Assembly: GCF_001194135.2 (NCBI RefSeq)
Contig: NC_068984.1
Location: 914,433-978,432 of the forward strand
Reading direction: 5' to 3'
Origin: Octopus bimaculoides
Taxonomy: Eukaryota
DNA length: 64,000 nt
The translations under genes were made by a program, and so were the position numbers. How positions within the stretch are numbered: the stretch's first letter is position 1; every line of letters begins with the position of its first letter. Below the pieces are notes generated by a model. The model made no database searches. It was not told where the DNA came from and saw nothing but the letters and a program-made list of their open reading frames with translations. Positions 37,651 through 50,455 of the stretch are shown here, one piece after another.

Positions 37651-39143
37651 TGGTTATCATCATCATCATCATTATTATTATTATTATTAATTTTTATCGA
37701 TTTTAGTTTAAGGAAAGACCCGACTCGACCTTCATTAGCGGTATTTATTTATCTATTTATTGATTCCAAATGTCAATAACAATCTCTGAGATTCTCAGCA
37801 ATATACAGTATGTGCACACATGCACACATATATATATATAAATATATATATATACCTATATATACATAAATATATGCATGCATATNNNNNNNNNNATTAT
37901 TATTAATTTTTATCGATTTTAGTTTAAGGAAAGACCCGACTCGACCTTCATTAGCGGTATTTATTTATCTATTTATTGATTCCAAATGTCAATAACAATC
38001 TCTGAGATTCTCAGCAATATACAGTATGTGCACACATGCACACATATATATATATACACACACACATATATATGCACACACACACACACGCGCGCGCATA
38101 TATATATACATATGTATATATAAAAATTAATTCTAATACTACCTATTGTAGATAGCAGTTATGTTTATATATAAATAATTATAAACGAGTGTATATATGT
38201 GTTTGTGTGAGGCGGCAGTTGAGAGAGAGAGAGGGCGGAGGAAGGGAAACTTACCAAACTTGTTGAAGAAAGCCTTTCACATCGATGATGGTTTTTACTT
38301 TACTGTTATCATCATCATCATCATCATCACCATCAACAACAACAGCAGCAGCAGCAGCAGCAGTATCCTTGTTGTTGTTGTTGTTATTTTATCCTCAGGT
38401 CATCTTTGATGTATCAATAAAGCTAATCTAACCGTGACCTCTCCTCCTTTCTCACAAATCTACCACTAATGGTTTTTACAACAGCAGATTGTTACATGAG
38501 GGAATTTTAATTGCTATTTCTAGCAGGCCTCAGTAGAAGCTCTTTCGCTCGTCTTGTTGCAGTGATTCTTGATGTTGTTGCTGCTGCTGCTGCTGTTTCC
38601 TTCCGATGACGTCACACCCCTTCGTTAACAGCAAAACAACCAGTTCCGTTACTTCAAAAACCTATTCAGACATCATCTTATCGTTGCTTCTATTGTTATT
38701 ATTGTCAACATCATCATCATCATCATCACAATCACCACCACCACCACCACCACCACTACTACTACTACTACCACTACTGTTTTATTTTCATTTCCCCTAT
38801 TCACCGTTACCCTGATACCAACAGTCTGCCTCAATTGTCTTCCGTGCAATTTCCCGACCCCCAGCACAACTCTAAAACTTCCTCGATCCCTTCACAAACG
38901 TCCCTACCTTCCTCCGGCTTTTCCTCTCCCTCCACAATACTCTCGTTCCCAGTTTGTCTCCAACGAAAATTAATTCAGTTGAAATTATGAATCATTCTCT
39001 CACAGTCATTTGCTGTATTTCACGAAGGAAATAATTGGAAATTTTTTTTTTAATTTCATGGAAATATTTTTATTATTTCTTCGTGATTCATTTACAGATG
39101 TGTACTTCCTACACACGCATGCATATACACAATACACAATACA

Positions 39144-39179
<36 letters not shown>

Positions 39180-39334
39180 CATATATATATGTGTATATAT
39201 GTGTACGTATGTATGTATGTATGTATGTCTGCACATAGATATACTTTCCTACATGCTTACAGTTATATACATGGCTACATAAGTATACACGCATGCGCAC
39301 ACGCACACACACACACACACACACACATATACGA

Positions 39335-40460
39335 GGAAATAACTGTGGATTTGGCGGTCAGTCGTGGCGAATGGCTGGAAAAAGGTAATTGGAGAGGAGA
39401 GCTAGGAAGAAGGGGAGATAATAAAGTACTGGTGATCCCAAAATGCAGGCGCGTGTACGCGTGCGTGTGCGTATGTGAGAGTGTGTGTGTGAGTGTGCAT
39501 GTGAATAGGAGCTAGTGACTTTGACGTGTAGAGGTGTGCGTGTGTAAGTGAATGCGTCTGCAATGTGTGGGTGTGCGGGTGATGGTGTGTGGTGTGGGTA
39601 CTGGGAAGTGGTCAGTGCTAGTGTGTGTTGAGTGGTGTGATGTGGTGTGATGGTATGGTGGTGTGATGTGTGGGGTGTGAGGATTTGAGGGTGGGGTGTG
39701 AGTTTATGGTGAGGATGTGGGGGTGTGGTAAGGACGTGAGTATGGAGGAGTGGGGTATGTGGGAGTGGGATGTGCGGGGTGGGGGGTGGATGGAGTGGGT
39801 ATGAATGAAGAGAGAAGGTGGGTAGGAGTAAAGAGAGGAAGTAGGTGTCAGGGCAAGAGAGGAGAGGTGGGTAGGAGTGAAGAGAGGAAGTAGGTGTCGG
39901 ATGAGGAGAGGAGAGGAGGGGAGCTAGATGAAAAGGAGAGGGGAGTTGAACCCATGTGGCGCAAAGGAGCGAAGAGAGAAGATTAATTCCTGTTCACAGC
40001 GAAGGCGGGAGTCCGGATGAGCCCTATGCAAAGACAATCCGAACACAGACAGGCGTTGTACTGAATGACTGGTAGAGCGTAAATGGCGCCAGACCAAGGT
40101 GTCATTGCCTCAGTTGTGCTCTGCGGACCTATCAGTCAAGCGGCGTCCCGTTTGACTGATGTACAGAGAAGAGCAGAAAGAACAGGCGCTGCAGTAAATG
40201 ACGTTGCTAGAAATGCAGGTAAAGGAATCAGTGATATGATAGGGAAGACGATGGGTGCCTGTGAGGATGGTGGTGTTGGAGAGGTAGGGGTAAGTGTGAC
40301 AGCGTGGGCAGGAGCAGGGGAACGAGCCAGGTTGGGAGGTGGGGTCAGGGAAGAAACTATGGACCAGGAAGAAACTATGGACCAGGGAGGTGGGGTTAGA
40401 GAAGAAACTATGGACCAGAAGGTCACGTAGGTTGTGGGTTCGTTTGGAGGAGGAAAGGGT
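39335..40460 (-). mobile_element. Penelope-like (Neptune-like) element: GIY-YIG domain plus 3' region
   Basis: NLRDLLVHS...PGSFPCSCPRCHTYP...HITDSFTCISSNVIYCSACSFC..LYISQTGRRLTDR.AEH...RLRCEQELIFSLRSFAPHGFN*; ORF spans ~39930-40460. Confidence 0.85.
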
Positions 40461-40554
40461 ATATATACATACATACATACATACATACATACATGTATGT
40501 ATGTATGTATGTATGTATGTATGTATGTATACACTTATATACGAATACATATAT

Positions 40555-41290
40555 GTGCGAGTTTATGTAGACAACAACATAAACTGGGCCGCTCATATAA
40601 AGAGCAAAGTTGACATGGCCCACAGAATGTGTTCTGGGATTCTCAGAACTTTCTAGTCGAGAGATATCCACACCATTATCTTCCTTTTCTCCACTTTTGC
40701 CTGACCCCACCTTGAATACTGTTGTCCACTGTGGTCTCCCCACACAAAACAAAGTATCATGAAAGTTGAAGCACCTCAAAGGTCACAAAAAAGATAGATG
40801 GCATGACAGGCCTTGACAATTGGGGTCGACTAGAAAAGCTCAAGCTTTATTCCCTCCGACGCCGCCGTGAGCGCTACATCATCTGCATGATGTGGAAAAT
40901 ATGCCATCAGCATTGCCCAAATGATGTTGGCATCGCCTTTAAGATACAGCCAAGGCTTGAACCCCGAACCATCCACCCTCAACATAAATCATACTCGCAT
41001 CACATAACAACAGCACGGCACAATTATTTCACCTCAATTGGCCCCGCTCTCTTTAACATTACACCAAAACACAATAAAGTAGAAACAGACCCCATAAAGT
41101 TCAAGAAGTCTTTGGACAAATTCCTTCAAGAAATCGCCAATAAACCTCCTACACCCGGATATGTCTCCATAAACAATAACTCTTTCCTCGAGTGGGCCAT
41201 GTTGTCCAATTCCTGATTTGAATGACTTTGCCAGGTGGCGCCATTAAGACAGACATGGCCTGGGCCAATACTGGCCAAAACCACAGACAT
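40555..41290 (+). mobile_element. CR1-clade LINE, 5'-truncated 3' end
   Basis: YVDNNINW...PHLEYCCPLWSPH...LKLYSLRRRRERYII...GPALFN...FKKSLDKFL...PGY...NNSFLEW. Confidence 0.9.
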
Positions 41291-41470
41291 ACATATTTAT
41301 ATACGTGTACATATAAGTATTCATACATGTGTATCAACGGTTTTCTCCTCAACTACATCTCCTTATTCCATTATTACAATCAATAGGTATCAACTGCTGT
41401 CTTTGTACGTTAGTCAAAATACATTTTAAAATTGAGAATTGCAGAAATATTATTTGCGGAGTTATCGTAT

Positions 41471-41766
41471 ACCAAAATAGGAAAGTGGACATTTTTTGCT
41501 ATTAGCTATTCTCCATTACGCGTGTTTCACTTGCTAATAGCAATTACAAAGAATTACATTTTAAATAGACTTGTAAGGAATTCCTTACCAGAAATTCATC
41601 ACAGCAAGAAAATGCTTTAGAATACCTGATGAATTTCTCATAGGAAATTCATAGAAAATTGCTTACATGTCTATATAACATATAAATCTTTGTCAATCCT
41701 GTCAGCAAATGAAACACGTGTAATGGAGAATGAATAATATCAAAACATTTCCATCTTCCTGTTTTG

Positions 41767-41768
<2 letters not shown>
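41471..41768. repeat. Old MITE/foldback-like inverted repeat (~110-bp arms)
   Basis: 41471-41600 aligns to the reverse complement of 41627-41768, roughly 75-80% by eye, including attctccattac(g/a)cgtgtttca(c/t)ttgct. Confidence 0.8.
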
Positions 41769-41806
<38 letters not shown>

Positions 41807-43688
41807 NNNNNNNNNNNNNNNNNNNNNNNNNNNNNNNNNNNNNNNNNNNNNNNNNNNNNNNNNNNNNNNNNNNNNNNNNNNNNNNNNNNNNNNNNNNNNN
41901 NNNNNNNNNNNNNNNNNNNNNNNNNNNNNNNNNNNNNNNNNNNNNNNNNNNNNNNNNNNNNNNNNNNNNNNNNNNNNNNNNNNNNNNNNNNNNNNNNNNN
42001 NNNNNNNNNNNNNNNNNNNNNNNNNNNNNNNNNNNNNNNNNNNNNNNNNNNNNNNNNNNNNNNNNNNNNNNNNNNNNNNNNNNNNNNNNNNNNNNNNNNN
42101 NNNNNNNNNNNNNNNNNNNNNNNNNNNNNNNNNNNNNNNNNNNNNNNNNNNNNNNNNNNNNNNNNNNNNNNNNNNNNNNNNNNNNNNNNNNNNNNNNNNN
42201 NNNNNNNNNNNNAGAAGAAGAAGAAGAAGAAGAAGAAGAAGAAGAAGAAGAAGAAGAAGAAGAAGAAGAAGAAGAAGAAGAAGAAGAAGAAGACGAAGAC
42301 GAAGGCTGAGAAATTTGAAATTTGGAAATGTATGTGTATAAGCTATACGTATATGCATATATATGTATATATGTATATATATGAATATATATTACACATA
42401 CATACATGTACATACATACATGCATATACATATACACACATAAATATATACAAATGCAAACATCTATGTGTGCACGTGCGAATGTGTGTGTGTGTGTGTA
42501 TGTATGTGTGTGTGTATGTATGTGTGTGTGTATCGGTGAGTATTGGAAAGCGTTATAGAATGTCTAATTGTAGCGACCGTAGCATCAAATATCACAAGTA
42601 CGCCGTCTCTGTGTTTATATCAGCGCTAGATTGTAATTTGGCAAATTGAAACTAGTGTACTCTTCTGTCTAAGCCGGGGCCGGTTTTCTTTCAATCTCTG
42701 CTCTTCACTGTATTTATAAGGGTGTGTAACATAAATGAGACTTAATAAGAACTTCCAGTACAGTGCATTTGATGGGAAATTACATCTTTTCAGAAATGGA
42801 ATCTTATTGAGAGGGATGAAGGTGTGGATGCGACTGAATTAAATCGTGCAATTTGTGTGTGAGTGTGTGTGTGTATGTGTGTGTGTGTGCGTGTGTGTAT
42901 GTGTGTGTGTGTATGTGTGTGTGTATGTGTGTGTGTATGTGTGTGTGTGTACATATACATAAATATATATATATATGTATGTGTGTGTGTATGTATGTAT
43001 GTATGTATGTATGCATGTATGTATGTATGTATATGTGTATAGACACACACACAATGCTATATTTTATTGATTATATATAAATGTTAATGTCACGATAGTA
43101 TTCAGTAGTTGGAGACAAATTTAATTATAATATTTGTGCACAGTTAAATATCTAAAATTATTGGTAACAACGTAATCTAAATGCACAAATGTTTTTTTTT
43201 TTAATATTTATCCATATGAAATTCCAAGTTTCATAAGTTACATACACCATCATTAGTGTAGTAAACTAGGTCCTATAGTTTTACGTATATAACTAATTAT
43301 ATGTCCTTTTGGAACACGAGATCAAACGTCACTCCGCAAGTCGAAGAATACTATACAAATGTTTAGGATTCAGTCCATACAACAAAGCGCAGAGAATGTA
43401 TGTAAATAAATCATCGCTTAAGAGTTCTACTTCGTTAGGAATTTACTAAATATTGAATTCAATATTAGGGTCCCTATAATTCTTTCTTCTTCGTATACAC
43501 ACCCATATTAACATGATGATAGTGCTTGGTGTCTTCAGATACAGCTAGGTATAGGTATGTGTGTGTATACATACATACATACATATATACATACATACAT
43601 ACATACATATATGTCTAACTTAATAGCACCACCTGGAATACATATATATTTTCTCTCTCCGTTTTTTTTTCTTTCTCTCTCCGTATTA

Positions 43689-44600
43689 TTAGATCGTCAA
43701 GTATGAAATTTGTAGTAAGGTATATGATAAACTTTGACAGCTGCTCATTCTGCGCTTTATAAAGTATTTATAAATTGTTTTTTGCTATATTTGTTTAGAG
43801 ATGGATAAGTCGGAAATTCGTACAGTTTTGAAATATGAGTTCTTTCTTGGAAATACAGCATCACAGACAGCTCGGAATATTAATGGAGTATTTCATTCTA
43901 ATATTATTACACAGCAGACAGTATCAAATAGGTTTGCAAAATTTCGTTATGTGATGAGAAATGGATCCAATACAACAACCGTAAACATTCAGGACAATGT
44001 GGTTAGACAAAGACGAGCCACCAAAACACAGTCCAAAAAGCAAAACTTATCAAAAGAAGCTGTTGCTGTGTGTTTGGTGGTCTGGTGCAGGTCTGATCCA
44101 TTATGATTTCATTAAACCTGGCTCATCAGTCACGGCCGAAGTATACTGCAACCAACTGGACCAAAAATGCAGAAACTTACAAACAAAAACAGCTTAGATT
44201 AGTCAACAGATCCACTTCTATTTTATTGCAAGACAACACCAGACCACACATTGTAAAATTGACGTTGGCGAAATTACAGGAGTTGGAGTTGGAAGTTCCC
44301 CATCATCCACCATACTCATCTGATCTTGCCCCCACTGACCACCACTTCTTCCAGAATTTGGATAACTTTTTGATAGGAAAATAATTAATTCCGACGACGC
44401 TATAAAACAGGCCTTCCAAGATTTTATTGACTCTAGATTGCCAGGCTTTTACAGTTCTAGGCTGGACAAGCTACTGCTGAAATGATAAAAGTGTATTGAC
44501 AATATGGGGGCATACTTTGATGAATAAAACTATTCCTTGTATTTATAAAACATTACCAAACTTTTTTTCTTTTCTACAAATTTCATACTTGACGACTTAA
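43689..44600 (+). mobile_element. Mariner (DD34D) transposon, internally deleted, with both TIRs and TA TSD
   Basis: 27-bp TIRs at 43689-43715 and 44574-44600 (25/27 match); TA at 43687-88 and 44601-02; MDKSEIR...FAKFR|CDEKW...WLD...CVWW...QDNTRPH...HPPYSSDLAPTDHHFF...GAYFDE*. Confidence 0.95.
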
Positions 44601-44611
44601 TATTTTCCCTA

Positions 44612-44740
44612 TTAATCCTTTCTATTGAAGAGCATAGGCCGGAAACGTCAAAGATTTTTCCATTCTTCCCAAGCGTTAAACTGATACACAAGCTTGTTGT
44701 TCTTTCACCAGTCTTCGTCTTTTGTTTTCTGAAAATTTGA
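44612..44740 (+). mobile_element. Solo Penelope-type terminal segment with degenerate hammerhead-like motif
   Basis: ccttt-ctattgaa-gagc-atag-gccg-gaaacgtc-aaag...gcgttaaactgatac...gtcttcgtcttttgtttt matches 16071-16190. Confidence 0.7.
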
Positions 44741-45038
44741 ACTCTCTCTCTCATTCTCTTTCTGTCTCTGTNNNNNNNNNNNNNNNNNNNNNNNNNNNNN
44801 NNNNNNNNNNNNNNNNNNNNNNNNNNNNNNNNNNNNNNNNNNNNNNNNNNNNNNNNNNNNNNNNNNNNNNNNNNNNNNNNNNNNNNNNNNNNNNNNNNNN
44901 NNNNNNNNNNNNNNNNNNNNNNNNNNNNNNNNNNNNNNNNNNNNNNNNNNNNNNNNNNNNNNNNNNNNNNNNNNNNNNNNNNNNNNNNNNNNNNNNNNNN
45001 NNNNNNNNNNNNNNNNNNNNNNNNNNNNNNNNNNNNNN

Positions 45039-45100
<62 letters not shown>

Positions 45101-45617
45101 TGTGTAAGATTCAGTTGAACAAGATACTTAAAAGTTAGGCGCCTAGTTAGGTCGCAATAAAATGCACGCACAACGATTATAGATGAATACCAACCTTGGT
45201 ACAGATGTACTGGCAGAATGATATTCAGGTAATGTATGCAGTTTATTGGACCCAGGTGAGTATATCATCCGCTCTTGACCTATTCAGACATTATATTAAA
45301 TATACAGTCCATAGAACACGCGAGGGCCGTGATCTGGTATAGATGAATTAAAAATAAATAATAATTGAAGGACAGTTGTCAATCCATTACGACTGTTACC
45401 AGCGATTTTTCTTTCGATTAAGCTAGATGCAGAATCATTTAATATGGATGTCACCGGGGTTTTAAATAATTTTTAAAATTATAATAAACGTCCTTGATTG
45501 TAAGATTCATGTATTCAGCTGATGAAAACGTTTTTTAGAACGATATAATGTACTCATCTATCAATGAAACAATTCGTTAGAAACTGCTGTAATGGATTGA
45601 CACCTCTCCTTCAATTG

Positions 45618-45655
<38 letters not shown>

Positions 45656-46750
45656 NNNNNNNNNNNNNNNNNNNNNNNNNNNNNNNNNNNNNNNNNNNNN
45701 NNNNNNNNNNNNNNNNNNNNNNNNNNNNNNNNNNNNNNNNNNNNNNNNNNNNNNNNNNNNNNNNNNNNNNNNNNNNNNNNNNNNNNNNNNNNNNNNNNNN
45801 NNNNNNNNNNNNNNNNNNNNNNNNNNNNNNNNNNNNNNNNNNNNNNNNNNNNNNNNNNNNNNNNNNNNNNNNNNNNNNNNNNNNNNNNNNNNNNNNNNNN
45901 NNNNNNNNNNNNNNNNNNNNNNNNNNNNNNNNNNNNNNNNNNNNNNNNNNNNNNNNNNNNNNNNNNNNNNNNNNNNNNNNNNNNNNNNNNNNNNNNNNNN
46001 NNNNNNNNNNNNNNNNNNNNNNNNNNNNNNNNNNNNNNNNNNNNNNNNNNNNNNNNNNNNNNNNNNNNNNNNNNNNNNNNNNNNNNNNNNNNNNNNNNNN
46101 NNNNNNNNNNNNNNNNNNNNNNNNNNNNNNNNNNNNNNNNNNNNNNNNNNNNNNNNNNNNNNNNNNNNNNNNNNNNNNNNNNNNNNNNNNNNNNNNNNNN
46201 NNNNNNNNNNNNNNNNNNNNNNNNNNNNNNNNNNNNNNNNNNNNNNNNNNNNNNNNNNNNNNNNNNNNNNNNNNNNNNNNNNNNNNNNNNNNNNNNNNNN
46301 NNNNNNNNNNNNNNNNNNNNNNNNNNNNNNNNNNNNNNNNNNNNNNNNNNNNNNNNNNNNNNNNNNNNNNNNNNNNNNNNNNNNNNNNNNNNNNNNNNNN
46401 NNNNNNNNNNNNNNNNNNNNNNNNNNNNNNNNNNNNNNNNNNNNNNNNNNNNNNNNNNNNNNNNNNNNNNNNNNNNNNNNNNNNNATACATACATACATA
46501 CATAATACATACATACATACATACATACATATGACATAAAATGTTTAGTATAGAGCTGTGTTAGAAGTGTGTAATGGTGGAGAGTCTAGTTCAACAGTGT
46601 TTTGGCAAAGCGAATTATTTTCACCAATCGGTGGAGTGTCTGAAATAATTCAATGCGTTTGGCAGACTGTCCGCACGACACCTTCAGGTACGAGGAAATA
46701 ATTCAAATAACCAATGTACACACGGACACACCCTTACACACACACACACG

Positions 46751-46796
<46 letters not shown>

Positions 46797-47181
46797 TACA
46801 CATGTAGAAATTTCTGCGGTCAGGAGCAGCAACATGGATATGTTATTTAATCCTGTTGATGTGTATTCGCTAACAATGGCTGTTGTTATCTATCTAAGAC
46901 AGATATTAGTTAATCGAACAGGATACGTTGAGTCTTATATTATCGGCGACAGTAAGAGAGCTTAATGTGATTATTGGTTATCAGCGATATAATAGATGAG
47001 GCACAGCATGACAGTATGACAGTAACAGCAGCAGCAGCAGCAGCAGAATGACAAAATACCAATGACATGACTAATCACCCGGATGTAACCTAAGTTTCAG
47101 CTGAGTCACAGTTGAAGATGACATCAACTCCGGAGGTGTTCATGTCAAAGTCATGTAAAAGAACTTGGGTAAATTATCGTT

Positions 47182-47258
<77 letters not shown>

Positions 47259-47309
47259 AACTGCAACGAGTTGTGGCTTTAGAAGTAAACAGAAAGTAAA
47301 AAGACAGTG

Positions 47310-47420
47310 ACATTCGGAAAAAGTCAGGTAGTTCGTCTTGGTGCGTTCCAGGTTCGAGTCCATATGAATCCATTTTATCGTTCATTCCTCCAAGAGAAAT
47401 ACAATAAGTATCAGGCAAAT
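47310..47420 (+). mobile_element. SINE family C, degenerate
   Basis: ggttcgagtcc B box followed by ttcattcctcc...aataagtatcag. Confidence 0.45.
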
Positions 47421-48884
47421 AAATGAGGCCGTTAACTCAACATACCTGTCTTTGTCAAATGTGTAAAGGTAATGTGAGTGTGTGGAGTGCCAGAACCAAC
47501 GCTTCCTCGGTTTTGTCTTTTCATCTTTATGAAATCAATAAAATACATGGCAACAAAGAGATCAGTCAGTTTACCTTTCTTTGTAAAATCTATTGTTGCA
47601 CTTTGTCAAACAAAATCAATATTTACGTAATCAATAGGTCATCATCCAGTGAATGCTGATTAGAATCGATAGCAGAATCCCAATTTTCCCCTGCACCTAC
47701 GGAAAACAGAATGCTGTTTACTTCGGTGACATGCGAACGAATAATTGTCAGTAAGATCACAATATTTGCATTGTAGGTAACACGACTGAATAAGTTTAGT
47801 TATGAATGAGCAGTTCAATGCTCTGGTTTGAGAGTAAGTAGTTTGTAGCAAGAGGAAGGAATGATATGGAAATTGTTAAAAATCATTACTGGAAGCTATT
47901 AGCCGAGAATTATAAGCGAATAAAAGCAAGGAAAGTATTACAAATATCAGAATACATAGTTGCCATTACACGGTGTGTGCGTTTGGTTCGGTTGAACAGA
48001 GCTCTTTATCGAACTTTCAGTTCTAAAGAGTGCACAAAGCTCTTGGCTCTAAAATATGATCTAACACAAACAAGATTGCGTGAGAACAATGGTTAAATCC
48101 CATAGGAATTCTGTTGAAAATAATTACAAAGGCAGAATACTTTCTAAATTATCAAACATTCATTGCCATTTTACGCTCTTCGCTATTTGCTCGACAAATA
48201 TCAATCGCTTTGCTTTGATATTTCAGAATCAAAATACAAACAAAAACGAAAATGGATTATGAAAGTGTGTCAGTTCAATTTAAGAATGGCTTACAACGAT
48301 TTACTTTGTTTTCTTGTTCTAATAGAAGAACTAACGCCATATTCGACTCACTCAAATCTATCTTATACTCAACAGCACTACTTGCAGTATTCTTCCTCAG
48401 CACTATCACCACACCAGTTTTGTTTTTATTATCGGAGCCTCCATGTTCGTAGGCTGGGAAAATGAGTAGAGCCCCACATGAAGTGTCTTCTGCTATTCAG
48501 ATTTCCCTTCTAAGTTTCAAATCGGACACCAACCGCTTTTGTGTGTTGTCCATTCTTGAGACGATAAAAATAGATTACACCGTGGACTAGATTCAAGGCT
48601 TTGAATCAAACTTATAAATTCTGTTTTCCTTGTATTCGACTCAAACTTAAATCATGTTGGAATATAGCAGAATATAACACTATACTGATATTTTCATTCT
48701 TAAATGTCCAAAGAAGGCGAGTAATAGGAACTCCTGATGCCGTCAATTGTTTGTTGAAGGTAAATCTAGAACGAATTAGAACAGGATTAAATAGAGTCAA
48801 ATGGGCAGCGTTGGTTCGATTTCGTCTGTCGTCACCAACACTCAAAGAATGAAATTACTATAATCTCTTGAATTAGGGCAAGAC

Positions 48885-49050
48885 ATGGCACAACCGAGAC
48901 TGAAATACTTTATAGCATTTAGTTATTGCCTTTCGAGTTCAAATCCCGCTGCAAAACTTTGTCTTTTTATCCTTCCTGGATCAATAAAATAGAATTCCTG
49001 ACAATTATTGGATCGATCGAAACAAAACCCTTCAAACACACAATTGTGCA
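48885..49050 (+). mobile_element. SINE family C, degenerate
   Basis: gagttcaaatcccgc...ctttgtctttttatccttcctggatcaataaaatag. Confidence 0.6.
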
Positions 49051-49474
49051 TCTAAAACCTCTGATTATTCTTTTATCAGGGCAGTGGTTGTCAGAATCAA
49101 GAAAACCTGGTTACAGTGTTTAATTCTGTAATATTTAGGAATATAATAAACAGTTCGTTTTGCCGGCAAAACAAATGGTCCAACTGAAGTACGATTCGGC
49201 CGAGTCACGTGGTTAAGGAGCTGCCTTCACAAACATTGGTTACTTGTTCAATTGTATTGGGAAACATTTTCGGGCTACAAACAATGGTGAGTGATGAATA
49301 AATGGACTATGATTGGAATTTGATACGTAGAAACTGAGCGGAATCCCATTGCATATATTTGTGTGTGTGCGTGTGTGAGTGCGTGTGTGCGTGTGTATTG
49401 ACAGGTAGGTAGGTAGGTAGGTGGGTGGATGGATGGATGGATGGATGGATGGATGGATGGATGGACAAACAGAC

Positions 49475-49512
<38 letters not shown>

Positions 49513-49529
49513 CGGTTATCATTACTGAC

Positions 49530-50455
49530 TGATTTCATAATGGCAACTAAACGTGACATTCGTGACTCTGTAGAACTAAAATTCTTTAAGAGACTACATG
49601 TTGGACAGATCACTGCCTTGTACGAGCAAAACTAGTCGTTAGGAAAATGCTTACACCGAATAACACGAAGATTCGTCGAAAACAGTTGAATGCTGAAAAA
49701 TCCAAGATCCAACAAAAACTGCAAACTCTTTGTGAAGCTGCAACAAATTCATCAGATAATGGTTCATAGCCAGACTTCAAAGGAGAGGATTATGCCACCG
49801 CTGTCTATAGCTTTGACTTGAGGACCCATAAACATAAAGATTGATTCGATGAAAATAACACAGAAATACTTAAATAAGACCAGAATTTGATCAATCCTGA
49901 TTTACCTTATAAAGAACGTTTGAGGAGAGGAATTACTGAAACACTCGAAATCAACTTTACAGAGAGAATTGAGAGGAGAATGAAGAGCGTTCAGTCTTTC
50001 AATATATTCACAGGGATTCAGCTTCGATAAACAAAAAATAAATTTCAAAACTGTGTATACTTTGTTCAGACAGGTATTTGGTCTTCGCCAATCAACTACT
50101 ATTCCTTTCCTTTGCAAAGAGGAATCCACTTTGATGAGTGATATTGAAATAATTCTGGAAATAAATCATTTCACGGATCTTTAACACAATCCGTCCAAAA
50201 TAGATGTGGAAGTCATAGAACACTTACTACAACAACACCAGGTTATTGAAAGAAAATGGATAATAAACCTAACATCGTCAAAATTGTCATTTAGCAGATC
50301 AACTGGGAAAAAACTATAGGAACAAATGATCTAGCAAGTTAGGTTATTGAGTATGTGTTGATATAACGGCTGATCATGTTGCGCCGTGTGCACTGATCAG
50401 TTGCACGGGATTGGAAAGATGATGCACTAATTTCACTGTATAAAAGAAAGGCACC
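49530..50455 (+). mobile_element. RTE (BovB-like) LINE internal fragment, APE end to RT start, degenerate
   Basis: CWTDHCLVRAKL; KHKD*FDENN; FKTVYTLFRQVFG; HNPSKID; DWKDDALISLYKRKG, in the correct colinear order. Confidence 0.7.

Noticed and set aside
37676-38060. Identical ~160-bp direct duplication either side of a 10-N gap
   Set aside because: Perfect identity across a minimal gap is typical of unmerged contig overlap or allelic microsatellite lengths, so it is most likely an assembly artefact.
38240-38400. Minus-strand splice donor (tttg|gtaagt) after ...DDDNSKVKTIIDVKGFLQQV
   Set aside because: There is an in-frame stop just upstream and no credible acceptor.
45183-45262. Two donor-like sites (cag|gtaatg, cag|gtgagt) with a short open frame EYQPWYRCTGRMIF
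   Set aside because: No polypyrimidine tract at the putative acceptor and no recognisable protein.
47900-48460. Possible ancient L2/CR1 RT remnant
   Set aside because: The catalytic YADD motif is not recoverable; only the vague spacing of hydrophobic residues fits.
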